In this document: one piece after another, positions 9,907-20,469 of the stretch
Layout: the number at the start of each line of letters is the position of its first letter
Numbering within the stretch: the first letter of the stretch is position 1
From: a virus
Length of the DNA: 64,000 bases
Virus record (IMG/VR): IMGVR_UViG_3300025108_000024
Coordinates: 28,306-92,305 of that record
Strand: one strand, 5' to 3'
Notes under the pieces: model-generated
The model's input: the letters and a program-made list of their open reading frames with translations, nothing else
What the model was told of the DNA's origin: nothing
The model's database searches: none
Made by a program: the position numbers and the translations under genes

Positions 9907-12900
9907 CTAATTATCAGTTTGTTTGATTACTTTACTTATTATATAATTTGGAACTGTCATTCCTTCTTGTTTAGCTTCTTTATAATGTTTTACATTAAGT
10001 TTGTCATATAATTTTGCTGCACTTTTTTCTCTAGATGTACCATCATATTTACCATATATATAGTTATTGTATACACCATACTCTCCTCCTTGTGCCATGG
10101 ATGACATTTCAAAAGGTGATGTATTTTCTTCAACAGCAGCAAATGATTCAGGAAATAAATCTGATCTGTAGCTATTTACCTTTTTAATATAAGAGTCAGC
10201 AGGACGTACAGATCCGGGCATTCCTTCTGGTAGTATTTGACCCATTTTAAAAGCAGCATCAGCTATGGCAGGAACATATTTATAGTTGGTTGAATTAATA
10301 TCTAATAATGTAGCATCATATAAATCTCTTAAAGCTTTTACTTCTTCACTTGAACTTCTATTATCATCTACACGCCCTGTTTTTAATAATCTGTTAGCTC
10401 CTTGATTATATGCTAAGATGGACATATTTCTAATATCAGTTTCTGTTAAACCTAATGAAGGATATTCTTTTGCATAGTCTTTAAAAAGCTCATAGTTTTT
10501 AGTTATCGTATATGTTATTGCATCTAAACCTTTATTGTCATCTTTAAGGTCTTCTACACTATTAATATCAAAATACTTTTTTGCAAAAGCGTCTAATGAA
10601 GCAAGTTTGGTTTTACCAATACCTAATGAAATATCTTTATCTTCTTTCCCTTCAATATCATAAAATACACCTCTAGCAACATTTTTTAAAGTTCCTGTAG
10701 TAACATCATCTCTTGATCTTGGGACACTACTACCAACACCTGTTTCAACACCTGTTATACCAATAACAGTTGACTCAAGCCATTTAGGATCTACCGAAGA
10801 ATTTAATATCTCAGGAATCTTTAAAGAGTTATATTTTGTTCTTTTAAATATATTTTGAAGTTGCTCAAGCCTGGCTCCTTGATACTCAACATTTTTACCA
10901 TCAGAACCAGAATATCTAAATGCTAAATTTTGTATTGCTAAATCATTAACTTCTATATCTTCTATTCCATCAACATTATATCTTGACTTAATCTCAAGAT
11001 TTTCATTTGGTCTTTTTATCCATCCAGTAACTAGTTCATTATATGGTTGTTGTAAAACAGAACCGTTAACATTATGTGTGATAATTGGAATACCATCAAC
11101 TACATCTGAAACAAAACCGCTATGAGTATTATGAGTTTTAGAGTTTAGTGTTTCTTGATGATGACTTGAACCATCCCAATACAAACCAACTATATCACCT
11201 ATTTTATAATCTGATGCTTTTGTTTGTTTTCTCTTTTTTACTTCTTTAGTAACTCTTTTAAGATCTGCTACTGAGTTAACATTTTGAAATGCAGTATCAT
11301 CATATATATTAAAAACAGTATTACTATTTTCACTTTTGTCCATGTTTTCAAATATGTCCCAAGCATCTTTATATTTAACACCCAACGCCTCTGTCATTAC
11401 TTCATTTCCTTCAAGTATAGTACACATACCAGCTGCACATCTTGTCTCATCTAGTTTGCTTGGTATAAAATTAAAAACTTGAGCTTGAGGATCTTCTTGC
11501 GTATTTGCTGTGTTATATGCATCCAATGCCTCTTTAGTTTGATCACCAAATTTTCCATCAATGCTACTTGCATTTCTATTAGTTAGTGTAGGGGAAAGAT
11601 AACCTTCATCAACAAGTTTTTGTTGAATACCCATTACTTCTTTTTCAGTGTCTATAGAATACTTGTTATGATATCTAGATATTGCTGTAGGATTTAAATT
11701 TAAATCATCCACCATGGCTTCATGAGCCTGATATGTTTTAGGTCCGTATACACCATCTTTACCAGTTTTACCAATGTTATATCCTTTTTCTAATAACACT
11801 TCTTGTAAATCTTCAATTTCTTTTTCACTAGCTTCACTCATATCTTTCCAACCTCTTGAATATTCATTGGACTTTTTAATAAAGTCAGCTGTAAGATTAG
11901 GACTGTTATATGGTGTATCTACTAATTTTTCTTCTTCTGATATTTCTTGCATCAACTTTTCAAAATCAACCTCAGACATTGGCTCTGAGTTAGGAAGTAA
12001 TGCTAATTTATTTAATTTGTTATTACTTATAGCTGTATTATCTTGTGCAACTCTTCTTTCATTTATAAGAGTATCATTAACTTGATTAGGATTATCATCA
12101 GCTAAAAAGTCTAGTAATGCTGTATTTTTTTTAAAATCTAAATTAGGTGAAACATTATATCTAGGTCTAACAATTCTAGTATTATCTTGTGCTACAGCAT
12201 ATCTTTCTTCACCGTTACCATATTGAAATGTTTTATATCCATTCTTAATACCTTCTTTTTCTGCAGCTTTTTTACTTTCTAAGAAACTAGCTCTGTCTCC
12301 ATCAGCCTCTACATTTTTATGACCCGTTAACCATACGTCTAAAGAAGATATATTACCGTCTACAAAATCTGAAAGCTTTGTTTTTGACTCAATTAAATTT
12401 GCTAAAAATAATGCGTACTGATCTTCTGAAGATAGTTGATCAGCTGATTTAGCATTTATAATACTATCTTTTATAGTAAAGCCTTTTGCGTTTGCAACAT
12501 TTTTATATCTTTTTAATGCTGTATCAAATGACTCACCTTCAAATTGAAATAAACCTCTACCAGGTCCACCTTGATATTGTTTAGCTTTTGGATCCATTCT
12601 TGACCAAGGGCTTGATTCATGATAAGCAATTGTATCTGCTAATTGACCCCACGTATCTACTGTTCCTCCTCTAGTGTCTACTAAATAATTAGATAAAGCA
12701 TTATAGTCTAATACATTAGAATTTTTAGACACTCCTGCTTTTGGTATAGGAGGAGACCTATCTATTTTATTTGGTAATACTAATTGTTGACCTAACTTTA
12801 AATTTTCATAATCTAAATTAGGGTTAGCTTCTTTTAATGCTTCCCATGGTATTTTATTTTTATTAGCAATACCATAAAATGTATCTCCACTTGCTACTTT

Positions 12901-13209
12901 ATATTCACCCTTTGACTGAAACATTTCTATTCCTCTTTGTGCTAAAGGGACTTCAATAACATGATCTGCATCTCCGTAGTTATAGTTCTTTACCCCAGGT
13001 TTCATATCATGAACAACACCATTGTTTCCATATCCCCTAACTGGAAAATCTACACCTTCCATAGTAATATTACTTGATGGTATGATGTTATAAGGATTGT
13101 TTACATCAGGACTATTTCTTTTATATCCTTCTGTACTAAACATTTCTGATACATGTGTTATGTATTCATTTGGTCCCCCTGGTAGCCCTATACTTTTTTT
13201 ATTTGCCAT
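9907..13209 (-). CDS. Virion-associated multi-domain peptidoglycan hydrolase (LysM, lysozyme-like, 2x PG-binding, CHAP/NlpC-like, second lysozyme-like)
   Basis: LysM YKVASGDTFYGIA...NPNL..LKLGQQLVLP; IAYHESS...GRGLFQFE; LQEVLLEKGY..DGVYGPKT and IQQKLVDEGY..DGKFGDQT; CAAG...GDIVGLY...HSGFV; GVET...AYNQG. Confidence 0.75.
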   Translation of the reverse strand: MANKKSIGLPGGPNEYITHVSEMFSTEGYKRNSPDVNNPYNIIPSSNITMEGVDFPVRGYGNNGVVHDMKPGVKNYNYGDADHVIEVPLAQRGIEMFQSKGEYKVASGDTFYGIANKNKIPWEALKEANPNLDYENLKLGQQLVLPNKIDRSPPIPKAGVSKNSNVLDYNALSNYLVDTRGGTVDTWGQLADTIAYHESSPWSRMDPKAKQYQGGPGRGLFQFEGESFDTALKRYKNVANAKGFTIKDSIINAKSADQLSSEDQYALFLANLIESKTKLSDFVDGNISSLDVWLTGHKNVEADGDRASFLESKKAAEKEGIKNGYKTFQYGNGEERYAVAQDNTRIVRPRYNVSPNLDFKKNTALLDFLADDNPNQVNDTLINERRVAQDNTAISNNKLNKLALLPNSEPMSEVDFEKLMQEISEEEKLVDTPYNSPNLTADFIKKSNEYSRGWKDMSEASEKEIEDLQEVLLEKGYNIGKTGKDGVYGPKTYQAHEAMVDDLNLNPTAISRYHNKYSIDTEKEVMGIQQKLVDEGYLSPTLTNRNASSIDGKFGDQTKEALDAYNTANTQEDPQAQVFNFIPSKLDETRCAAGMCTILEGNEVMTEALGVKYKDAWDIFENMDKSENSNTVFNIYDDTAFQNVNSVADLKRVTKEVKKRKQTKASDYKIGDIVGLYWDGSSHHQETLNSKTHNTHSGFVSDVVDGIPIITHNVNGSVLQQPYNELVTGWIKRPNENLEIKSRYNVDGIEDIEVNDLAIQNLAFRYSGSDGKNVEYQGARLEQLQNIFKRTKYNSLKIPEILNSSVDPKWLESTVIGITGVETGVGSSVPRSRDDVTTGTLKNVARGVFYDIEGKEDKDISLGIGKTKLASLDAFAKKYFDINSVEDLKDDNKGLDAITYTITKNYELFKDYAKEYPSLGLTETDIRNMSILAYNQGANRLLKTGRVDDNRSSSEEVKALRDLYDATLLDINSTNYKYVPAIADAAFKMGQILPEGMPGSVRPADSYIKKVNSYRSDLFPESFAAVEENTSPFEMSSMAQGGEYGVYNNYIYGKYDGTSREKSAAKLYDKLNVKHYKEAKQEGMTVPNYIISKVIKQTDN

Positions 13210-16200
13210 TATCTAATTGATAAATTTAGTTTAGTAGTAGCTAGCTTTAAAAGCATTTTTCTATCACCTGAAATTCTTCTTCTTAATAATACTTTATTAT
13301 AATAATGTCTAAATCTTTTATGTTGAGTTTCTTCCTTAGCATAATTAAGATTTGCGTTATTTAAGTCTCTAATGTATCCATTTACCTGAGTGATAAAGAT
13401 ATTCTGTTGAACAGTACTAAATTCACCTCTATCCATAGTCACATCCCAAAACTGATTAAATCTATATTTCTGTTCTTCTTTAGAATACAATATTCTCATA
13501 TCATTAAAACCAATCACAGGATATTGTACCATAGCAAAAGGATCATTCTTAGGAGTCAAGTCTAATTTTAAAAGACCTGATACTTGTTCTGTATTATGTA
13601 TTATTGCTTCATCAAAATTAAAGTCTAAATCATGCCATCTATCATCAGCACAACCATTTAATAAATCTCCACCATATACATATGATTCAAGCATGTATTC
13701 AACACTACGTAATGTATTAACCTTGTTACCAGTATTTTCTATAATTTCAACTTCCCAAGGATAATCTTTACCGTAGTAATTAACATACTGTGCACATGTA
13801 GCATTGTGTCTCCATATACCACCGGTGCCATCAGACAACCTAGTCTTAGTAGTAAAGAAATGATTTATACTAGGTATTACAAGCTCAGGGTGCCAATCAT
13901 GGAAAGATATCCATGCTCTTGTTTTAGGATCATATGAAACTGTCCATGAAGCTTGTTGAAAAAATACAGGATCTCCAATTTCAATTTCAATCTCTCCACC
14001 AGTCTCAGGAAAATATATAAATGAATTAGTTATTGTATTAAATTCTACACAACCACCCTGTGGTCCTTTTGTTCTAAAAGGGTCATATCCACTTCTTCCA
14101 TCATCACATAAATAACTTTCTCTAAGTTTATAATCAGTTTTAGTAAAATAAACTATGTCATAGTTAGGATCATATATTGTCTGACAACCAACACCTTTAA
14201 TAGGGTTATCACTTAAAGGACTTTGTTCCAATGCTGGAAACTGTCTTATTAAAATAGAAGGAAGGTATTTATTAAACCACTGCTTCATTCCATTGTTGGC
14301 TATATTTTCTAACTTACCTGTATAATGAAATATTTTACCTTGTGCTTGAGATACAAAGAACACTCCCATTGGTGTATTTACCACACCTCGTGCACTTTCG
14401 GATGAACCATATTCATTAGATAAATCACTATTAACAATATTTTGAAAAGGTTGATTAAATAAACCACCATCTCCTACTGTTAATTTAGTACCCATATCTG
14501 TTTGTAGTGTATCAACACCTTGTAACATTTTGGGTGATTGATAAGGAAAAAGAATTAAGGCTCCTGTCTTACTTATTGGTTTAATTACATTTACTTTACT
14601 TTTAAAGTCTTTATAATTATTTGGTAAGAAAACTCTCCAAAAATCTTTCTTTGCTTCAAGCTTAGCTTGTAAAGAGTATAGCAATCTTTTAGGATAATAC
14701 TGATAACAATTTTCAGCAACATACGGATCATAGTCTCTTGGCTGTACAGATCCAAATGATACTACTTGTGTTACAAATTTAGACGGACTTAGTGACAAAT
14801 CATATTTATAAAGATTGCCTTTTTTAATATGATCAGCATGAAACATTTCATCTTTATCAGTGAAACTAAATTCATCATAGTGTCTTTCGTAACTATTATC
14901 ACCCCAATCTCTTTGTGCTAAATTATACTCTGATTCTACATAAAAATCTTGAACTCCATTTACGTGAGTATACATATAAGCGTATGTCATTGCAAATGCA
15001 TGGTTAGGATCAGATCCGTTTCCAAACACTGCTTGCAGACCTGAAGCTGTACTATTTGTTCCTCTGTCTAAATAAAACAAATCATTAGGCATTGCATTTT
15101 CAGAGTTGGTTAAACCTAATGATATAATCTCACTAGCTAACTCAGCTGTATCAAACTTTCTAGTATCCATCCAAAATCTTGGATAAGGAATATTAACTCT
15201 TTTTAAATAGTCATAAGCAAATTCATTAGGTTGACCATTTAAGAAATCTGTAAAAATTGGCATTACCGTTTTTTCAGTAAATCTACCCACATAGGTATCA
15301 CCAGAAAAAATAGGCTGTGAATTAAATTTTTGTTGAGTGCTTACGGGTTCTATTAATTCAATACAACCTCTCATATGAATTTGTTTTATACCATCTAATT
15401 GACCATATTGATTTTCAAATTCAAATTTAATTCCGCCATATAAAGCGGATATATTTCTTTTTCTTTCTTGACCTGGTCTCCTAAGATAAGTATCACCTGT
15501 ATCACTGTCTGCGTCTCCACCAATTTGATACCTAGATTTATCAACTACTGTAGGAATATCTACTTCATCTTCTGTAGCAAGTGCTACAGTTAAAGGTCTA
15601 AATAAGTTATTTATTTTATAGCCATTAAACTCTTGAAAACTACCTCCTACATAGTTTGCATTTATTGTTTTAGTTCTATATTGTTGAGAATCTAATAACC
15701 TTTTAAATTCATAATAAAATCCATGAGAGTTGTGTTTGAAAGCAAAGTCTTGCTCTTTTACCATATTATAAAATAAATCTATAATTTCTTGTGCACCTAT
15801 TGCTATGTTTGTTCTAGCTATAATAGCAGATAAGAATACATTTATAACAGTTGGTATTGCACCTGTTGGATTTTTAATTTCATACTTTGTATTGTATTGA
15901 CCAGAATCAACCCCAGGTATAGAAGCAAATCCATTGTTTGCAACATTTTGGAGTTGTAAATTTAATTTATTAGCAAAACCACCACCACTATATAAAGACG
16001 CAATACTTGTAAGGTCACTAAGTAGTTCATTTAATAAAGCATTACCAATAGCATTTTTAGCAACTGCAACCCCCGCACCGGCTGCACTAGCAGCTACTGA
16101 TGTTAAATAACCAGTACCAGGAATTGAAGTAGCAAAACCACCTACTAAATCAGGAAATACACCCGACATCCCATTTGATAGTCCTGTATACTCATAAGTC

Positions 16201-18281
16201 TCTTGACCTTTTACTGCAGAAATAGCATAACCAACACCAACAAGACCTGCTATCAAAGCAGCTCCATTTCTTATTAATTTATTTTGTGGGTGATTTTCTG
16301 ATTTTACAAAGTAACCATTTGCTTCACCACTTAACTCACCATAAATTCTTGTTTCATAAGCATTTAAAAAAGGCTTTCTAAACATTAAATCAGGTGCGTG
16401 AAAAGTAAACACATCTTTTTTATATCCAGTTAAAGGAGCAAAAGCAGCTTTTGATTGTGTATAATTATGTTGACCATCAGTTCTATAGTTACTATTTCCA
16501 TTGTGAAAATATGTATCAGGTCTTAAATCATTGTATGGATAATTAGGATACAAACCTTTAGAACCTGTACCTGTTGTTTGACCACCTTCAGGAATATCAT
16601 ATTCCCTCATATTTCTAAGCAAGCCTTTTGCAAGAATAGATCTTTGACCCTCTCTTGATCCTCTTAATATTTCATAACCAACTATATTTTCTATTAGGTT
16701 ACCATCATTGTTGACTGGAGCTTGAATGTCTTCAAACGCTACACCTAGTATTCTAATTTTAGTTGCATCAGAATTTGTTAAACGCACTTCATCTGCTGTT
16801 TCTTCCGTTGGCATTTTATGATGTCTTATAGGTAAGCCACATAAATCCTCCCAAATATCTGGTCTAATAGGATTATATTTTTCTGTTGACTCCCAATAAC
16901 CCATATCTCCATTTGCTATTAAAACACCACCATCAACAAGTGGTACATTAGTAGTCTGTAATTTCTGAGCTGTATTGTAAACTTGCCAATTTTTTTCATC
17001 AATAGATAATGCATTTAAATTTCCCGTTGCACTTCCTGTTTCATTTATAGATTGTTGAAACTGAGTAAATCCATTAGTTCTTGGTGCTCTACCCGGTATG
17101 TGATAAGATGAAGATCTTTCACCTGTATTATATATCCATCTAATAAAAAAAGCATATTGTTCATCACGCATTAAACCAGTCTTGTTACCACCTTTTAGAT
17201 AATAATCTGATTCATATTCTACTATTGTCCACTTTGCTTTTATTTTATTTGCTAAAGGTTGATAATTAAAATCAAACTGTTCATAAGGACCTTTACGTAT
17301 TAGGTAATCATTTACTACAAACATAGCATCTGATTTTTCATATGCTGGATTGCGTAAAGGAATTAATTCTAAAGGTACAGTTACCAAAGAAGGATCTATA
17401 TAATCAACTTCTACAAATTGTGTTTCTGTACTGTATAAACCTATTCTTTTTGCTACTTGTGCTTCTTGATTATTAGAAAGTATTACTAACTCATAAAAAT
17501 CAAATTCTTTATCTAGGTTTGATACATTGATAGATAAACCACCGCTTGTTCCCTGGTGATCAAATAATGATTGAAGATTTGAGATACCTATGTAGTCTGT
17601 TACTTTTTGCTCATTAACTGTGTATGCTATGAATGCTTGATACATTCCATTTCTTAATTGACCACCACTCTCTGCTTTTGAAAGGTTAACGCAAGGTGTG
17701 TCTAATAAAGGTGCTAATCTAATTTTTTCACAATCTAATTCTGTTGTGTCCTCATAGATAACACAGGGATCATTTCCTGAAGTTACTATTTGTTTCCATG
17801 GTACGTTGTCTATGTTTAAAACTCTAGATGGATTATTACCATCATCCCAATAAGTTGACCAAGTGCAATCAAAATTTTCTTTAGCTGCTCCTTGTATTAA
17901 ATAGTTTCTATTAAAATTAAGACAGGGTGCATTAACAATTATTTCATATTTGCACATGCTATCATCAAACCTACCTATTTCTGAATTTGTATCATTAGTA
18001 GAATAAATAACCCATTGATCTGCATATAAGTGAATTGCTCCTATTATTGTATAAGGGGCACTACCACATTCTATATTTGCTGGTTCATTTCCCAATGTAG
18101 CAATATCACCATCAACTGAATTATTTATAGCATTTCTTGCATGAGACCATGATTCTTTTGCTTGAAAAGAAGCATTAGTGTCTTTCACCATTCCTTTTAA
18201 AAAAGTCCTGATGTCAACACTTGACGTGTTTTGCATTCTTGGTTGTGCTGCTTGTGAGCGTGCTCTTCTTTTCTTTGCCAT
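13209..18281 (-). CDS. Tail stabilisation / nozzle (muzzle) protein, P22 gp10-like
   Basis: 1690 aa, beta-rich; N-terminal FLKGMVKD and WTVSYDPK..WISFHDWHP motifs; follows tail tubular genes as in crAss-like phages. Confidence 0.75.
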   Translation of the reverse strand: MAKKRRARSQAAQPRMQNTSSVDIRTFLKGMVKDTNASFQAKESWSHARNAINNSVDGDIATLGNEPANIECGSAPYTIIGAIHLYADQWVIYSTNDTNSEIGRFDDSMCKYEIIVNAPCLNFNRNYLIQGAAKENFDCTWSTYWDDGNNPSRVLNIDNVPWKQIVTSGNDPCVIYEDTTELDCEKIRLAPLLDTPCVNLSKAESGGQLRNGMYQAFIAYTVNEQKVTDYIGISNLQSLFDHQGTSGGLSINVSNLDKEFDFYELVILSNNQEAQVAKRIGLYSTETQFVEVDYIDPSLVTVPLELIPLRNPAYEKSDAMFVVNDYLIRKGPYEQFDFNYQPLANKIKAKWTIVEYESDYYLKGGNKTGLMRDEQYAFFIRWIYNTGERSSSYHIPGRAPRTNGFTQFQQSINETGSATGNLNALSIDEKNWQVYNTAQKLQTTNVPLVDGGVLIANGDMGYWESTEKYNPIRPDIWEDLCGLPIRHHKMPTEETADEVRLTNSDATKIRILGVAFEDIQAPVNNDGNLIENIVGYEILRGSREGQRSILAKGLLRNMREYDIPEGGQTTGTGSKGLYPNYPYNDLRPDTYFHNGNSNYRTDGQHNYTQSKAAFAPLTGYKKDVFTFHAPDLMFRKPFLNAYETRIYGELSGEANGYFVKSENHPQNKLIRNGAALIAGLVGVGYAISAVKGQETYEYTGLSNGMSGVFPDLVGGFATSIPGTGYLTSVAASAAGAGVAVAKNAIGNALLNELLSDLTSIASLYSGGGFANKLNLQLQNVANNGFASIPGVDSGQYNTKYEIKNPTGAIPTVINVFLSAIIARTNIAIGAQEIIDLFYNMVKEQDFAFKHNSHGFYYEFKRLLDSQQYRTKTINANYVGGSFQEFNGYKINNLFRPLTVALATEDEVDIPTVVDKSRYQIGGDADSDTGDTYLRRPGQERKRNISALYGGIKFEFENQYGQLDGIKQIHMRGCIELIEPVSTQQKFNSQPIFSGDTYVGRFTEKTVMPIFTDFLNGQPNEFAYDYLKRVNIPYPRFWMDTRKFDTAELASEIISLGLTNSENAMPNDLFYLDRGTNSTASGLQAVFGNGSDPNHAFAMTYAYMYTHVNGVQDFYVESEYNLAQRDWGDNSYERHYDEFSFTDKDEMFHADHIKKGNLYKYDLSLSPSKFVTQVVSFGSVQPRDYDPYVAENCYQYYPKRLLYSLQAKLEAKKDFWRVFLPNNYKDFKSKVNVIKPISKTGALILFPYQSPKMLQGVDTLQTDMGTKLTVGDGGLFNQPFQNIVNSDLSNEYGSSESARGVVNTPMGVFFVSQAQGKIFHYTGKLENIANNGMKQWFNKYLPSILIRQFPALEQSPLSDNPIKGVGCQTIYDPNYDIVYFTKTDYKLRESYLCDDGRSGYDPFRTKGPQGGCVEFNTITNSFIYFPETGGEIEIEIGDPVFFQQASWTVSYDPKTRAWISFHDWHPELVIPSINHFFTTKTRLSDGTGGIWRHNATCAQYVNYYGKDYPWEVEIIENTGNKVNTLRSVEYMLESYVYGGDLLNGCADDRWHDLDFNFDEAIIHNTEQVSGLLKLDLTPKNDPFAMVQYPVIGFNDMRILYSKEEQKYRFNQFWDVTMDRGEFSTVQQNIFITQVNGYIRDLNNANLNYAKEETQHKRFRHYYNKVLLRRRISGDRKMLLKLATTKLNLSIR

Positions 18282-18285
18282 GATT

Positions 18286-19167
18286 TTATCCTAATGTAGG
18301 TCCGCTTTTAAACATATTGTAATAATTGTGGTATTGTGCTTTTCTATTTACTTCCCACATTTTTTTAAGCTCTGCAAAATCAGGGGTGTTAACAAATGAC
18401 AATGCATTATTTCTTGAAGCTCTTAATCTCCCTTCTATAAGGCCTAATTGATTACTAACATTTTCTCCATTAAAAATCATGTTTTCTAATATTCTTTGTT
18501 TTAATGCATATTCATAATATTCATTACAATATGGATGATCTAAAACTAATAGTCTTCCATCAGCATCTTCCATTGCACCTTGAAAATTAATATATACTTT
18601 ACCGGTCTTAAAGTTTGTTTTTAAAAAACCATCTTTAATCTCTCCTACCATTTCAGACCGTACATTAATATTAGGACAATCACATGTAGCATCATTGACG
18701 TTAGCTATACGTAAAGACTCAAAAGCAGTATAACTTCTATACTCCCCGGCTCCTACTTTTTGTACTAATTTATGGCCTGTTCCATTATCACATTCTTTTA
18801 CTATACATACATCATTACACCCAGGATCTTCACATGGACCTGAGCTACCTGGAGCAGGAACATAATCTACAGCAACATCTTCTACATGTGTGCCTGATGG
18901 CATACTCTGTTGTACTGTATAGCTGCCACATATAAATGCATAATTTAAATATGCAAAATCATGTGGTAGTTTAGCTTTTCCATGCTCTATGTCTAATACT
19001 ACTTGTTTTGTTCTATGAATCCTTATTCCTAAGTCATAGTTTACTCTTGTTGCTACTTTAATCAACTGAGCAGAATCTATCATTCCATCTAACGCATAGC
19101 TGGAAAAATCAATAGATACATCTTCCATTAAACTATCAAACGTTCTGTATTTATGTGATATTGCCAT
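18286..19167 (-). CDS. Tail tubular / ring protein
   Basis: AKLPHDF and KTNFKTGKVYINF motifs; directly upstream of the stabilisation gene and tightly coupled to it. Confidence 0.65.
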   Translation of the reverse strand: MAISHKYRTFDSLMEDVSIDFSSYALDGMIDSAQLIKVATRVNYDLGIRIHRTKQVVLDIEHGKAKLPHDFAYLNYAFICGSYTVQQSMPSGTHVEDVAVDYVPAPGSSGPCEDPGCNDVCIVKECDNGTGHKLVQKVGAGEYRSYTAFESLRIANVNDATCDCPNINVRSEMVGEIKDGFLKTNFKTGKVYINFQGAMEDADGRLLVLDHPYCNEYYEYALKQRILENMIFNGENVSNQLGLIEGRLRASRNNALSFVNTPDFAELKKMWEVNRKAQYHNYYNMFKSGPTLG

Positions 19168-19838
19168 TATCTATGTAAATTAATTTTGTTATCTGAATCT
19201 TCTGCTGGTATCTTTAGTGTATTCATCATTACAGCAAGAACCTGTTGTTCTATTTCTGCAAACAATGCTTCTGGTATATTCATCTCATGTTCATACCTTG
19301 GCTTACAATCATCTTCTGAGTTACATAACCAATCAGATATATCATCATCAAAAACACCTTCTAGCTTTATTGCATCCCATTCTATATTTGGGAAGTATAA
19401 ATAGCCGTTCAAATACCAAAAATATTTTTGATTGTTATATCTAAAAGATGTTGTTTTAGTCATAGAAGTATAAGTACCGGGATGAGTTGCTTGTAGCTCA
19501 ATAGATCCATCAATAGAACTTACTGTTCTAATTAGTGGTCCCCAATAACCTTGCAACATATTAGGTAATTTAATCTTTGTACGTTTTATTGTACATCCAG
19601 ATTGTATACCTGTACACTCTGCCTCTACTTTGTCTACTTCTATTAATTCAATAAATGGGAGTGATTTCCATATTGCATTAAATTTCATAAGCTTATTTGC
19701 ACTGTCTTGTCTTCTGATTAGAAGTTGTGCAAACTTTTGTATCAAGCTATATACATATCTGTCGGTAACAAAAGCATCTTGTACTTCTGCTTTAACTTGA
19801 CCTCTTATTCTTGATATTACTGATCCTATACTTGTCAT
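19167..19838 (-). CDS. Tail ring / adaptor protein
   Basis: KYFWYLNGYLYF..IKLEGVF motif typical of crAss-like ring proteins; TAATG overlap with the next gene. Confidence 0.6.
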   Translation of the reverse strand: MTSIGSVISRIRGQVKAEVQDAFVTDRYVYSLIQKFAQLLIRRQDSANKLMKFNAIWKSLPFIELIEVDKVEAECTGIQSGCTIKRTKIKLPNMLQGYWGPLIRTVSSIDGSIELQATHPGTYTSMTKTTSFRYNNQKYFWYLNGYLYFPNIEWDAIKLEGVFDDDISDWLCNSEDDCKPRYEHEMNIPEALFAEIEQQVLAVMMNTLKIPAEDSDNKINLHR

Positions 19839-19843
19839 GATGT

Positions 19844-20410
19844 TTATGTTTCAAATTCATCATAGTCCTTAAGTTTGTTATTAGTACTTTCTGAATTTGG
19901 ATCATACAGATGTGAAACTTTCATTTTGTTTTGCATCTTAATGTATTTTGTCCAGTTAGTTGGATATTCTTGTGCAACTGATCTTTTAAAATCTCTGCAG
20001 GCAACAAATGACCACAGCTCTCTATTTTTAAATCTATATTTTGTTGACCAATTTGTATAAAATATTTTACCAATGTTACCGTCCGTATTCCAATTTTTAT
20101 TTCTCAGTACCTTACCATATTCATTTGATTTGGAATAATCAATGTTTACATTCTTTGCCGGTGGGCAAGTTCCTATAAACAAATAACCTAATGAATCTGG
20201 CATTTCCACTCCGTCTCTATGTTTTATTACGCCTTCCCATAATCCTCTATTATATAATTTTATTATTTGTTTTAATTTAGTATTATTTATATTAGAGTAT
20301 AATGGTCTCTTCTCTTTAAATTCTTTAAATGTTTCTTTGTTTAGTAAACCTAAAGTCTTTCTCCTATATCTAGGAGCTGTCAGATCAGGTTTTTTGAAAT
20401 TACTAATCAT
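19844..20410 (-). CDS. IHF/HU-like DNA-binding protein
   Basis: Basic protein with GVEMPDSLGYLFI motif; position matches the IHF-like gene of the crAss-like tail block. Confidence 0.55.
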   Translation of the reverse strand: MISNFKKPDLTAPRYRRKTLGLLNKETFKEFKEKRPLYSNINNTKLKQIIKLYNRGLWEGVIKHRDGVEMPDSLGYLFIGTCPPAKNVNIDYSKSNEYGKVLRNKNWNTDGNIGKIFYTNWSTKYRFKNRELWSFVACRDFKRSVAQEYPTNWTKYIKMQNKMKVSHLYDPNSESTNNKLKDYDEFET

Positions 20411-20430
20411 AGTTTATATTATTAATTTAC

Positions 20431-20468
20431 AAAAAAAACAGCACTTATGAAAGTTTCACGTGCTGTTC
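20431..20468 (-). terminator. Intrinsic terminator after the phosphoesterase gene
   Basis: Minus strand reads AACAGCAC-GTGAAACTTTCATAA-GTGCTG followed by a T8 run. Confidence 0.7.
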
Positions 20469-20469
20469 T

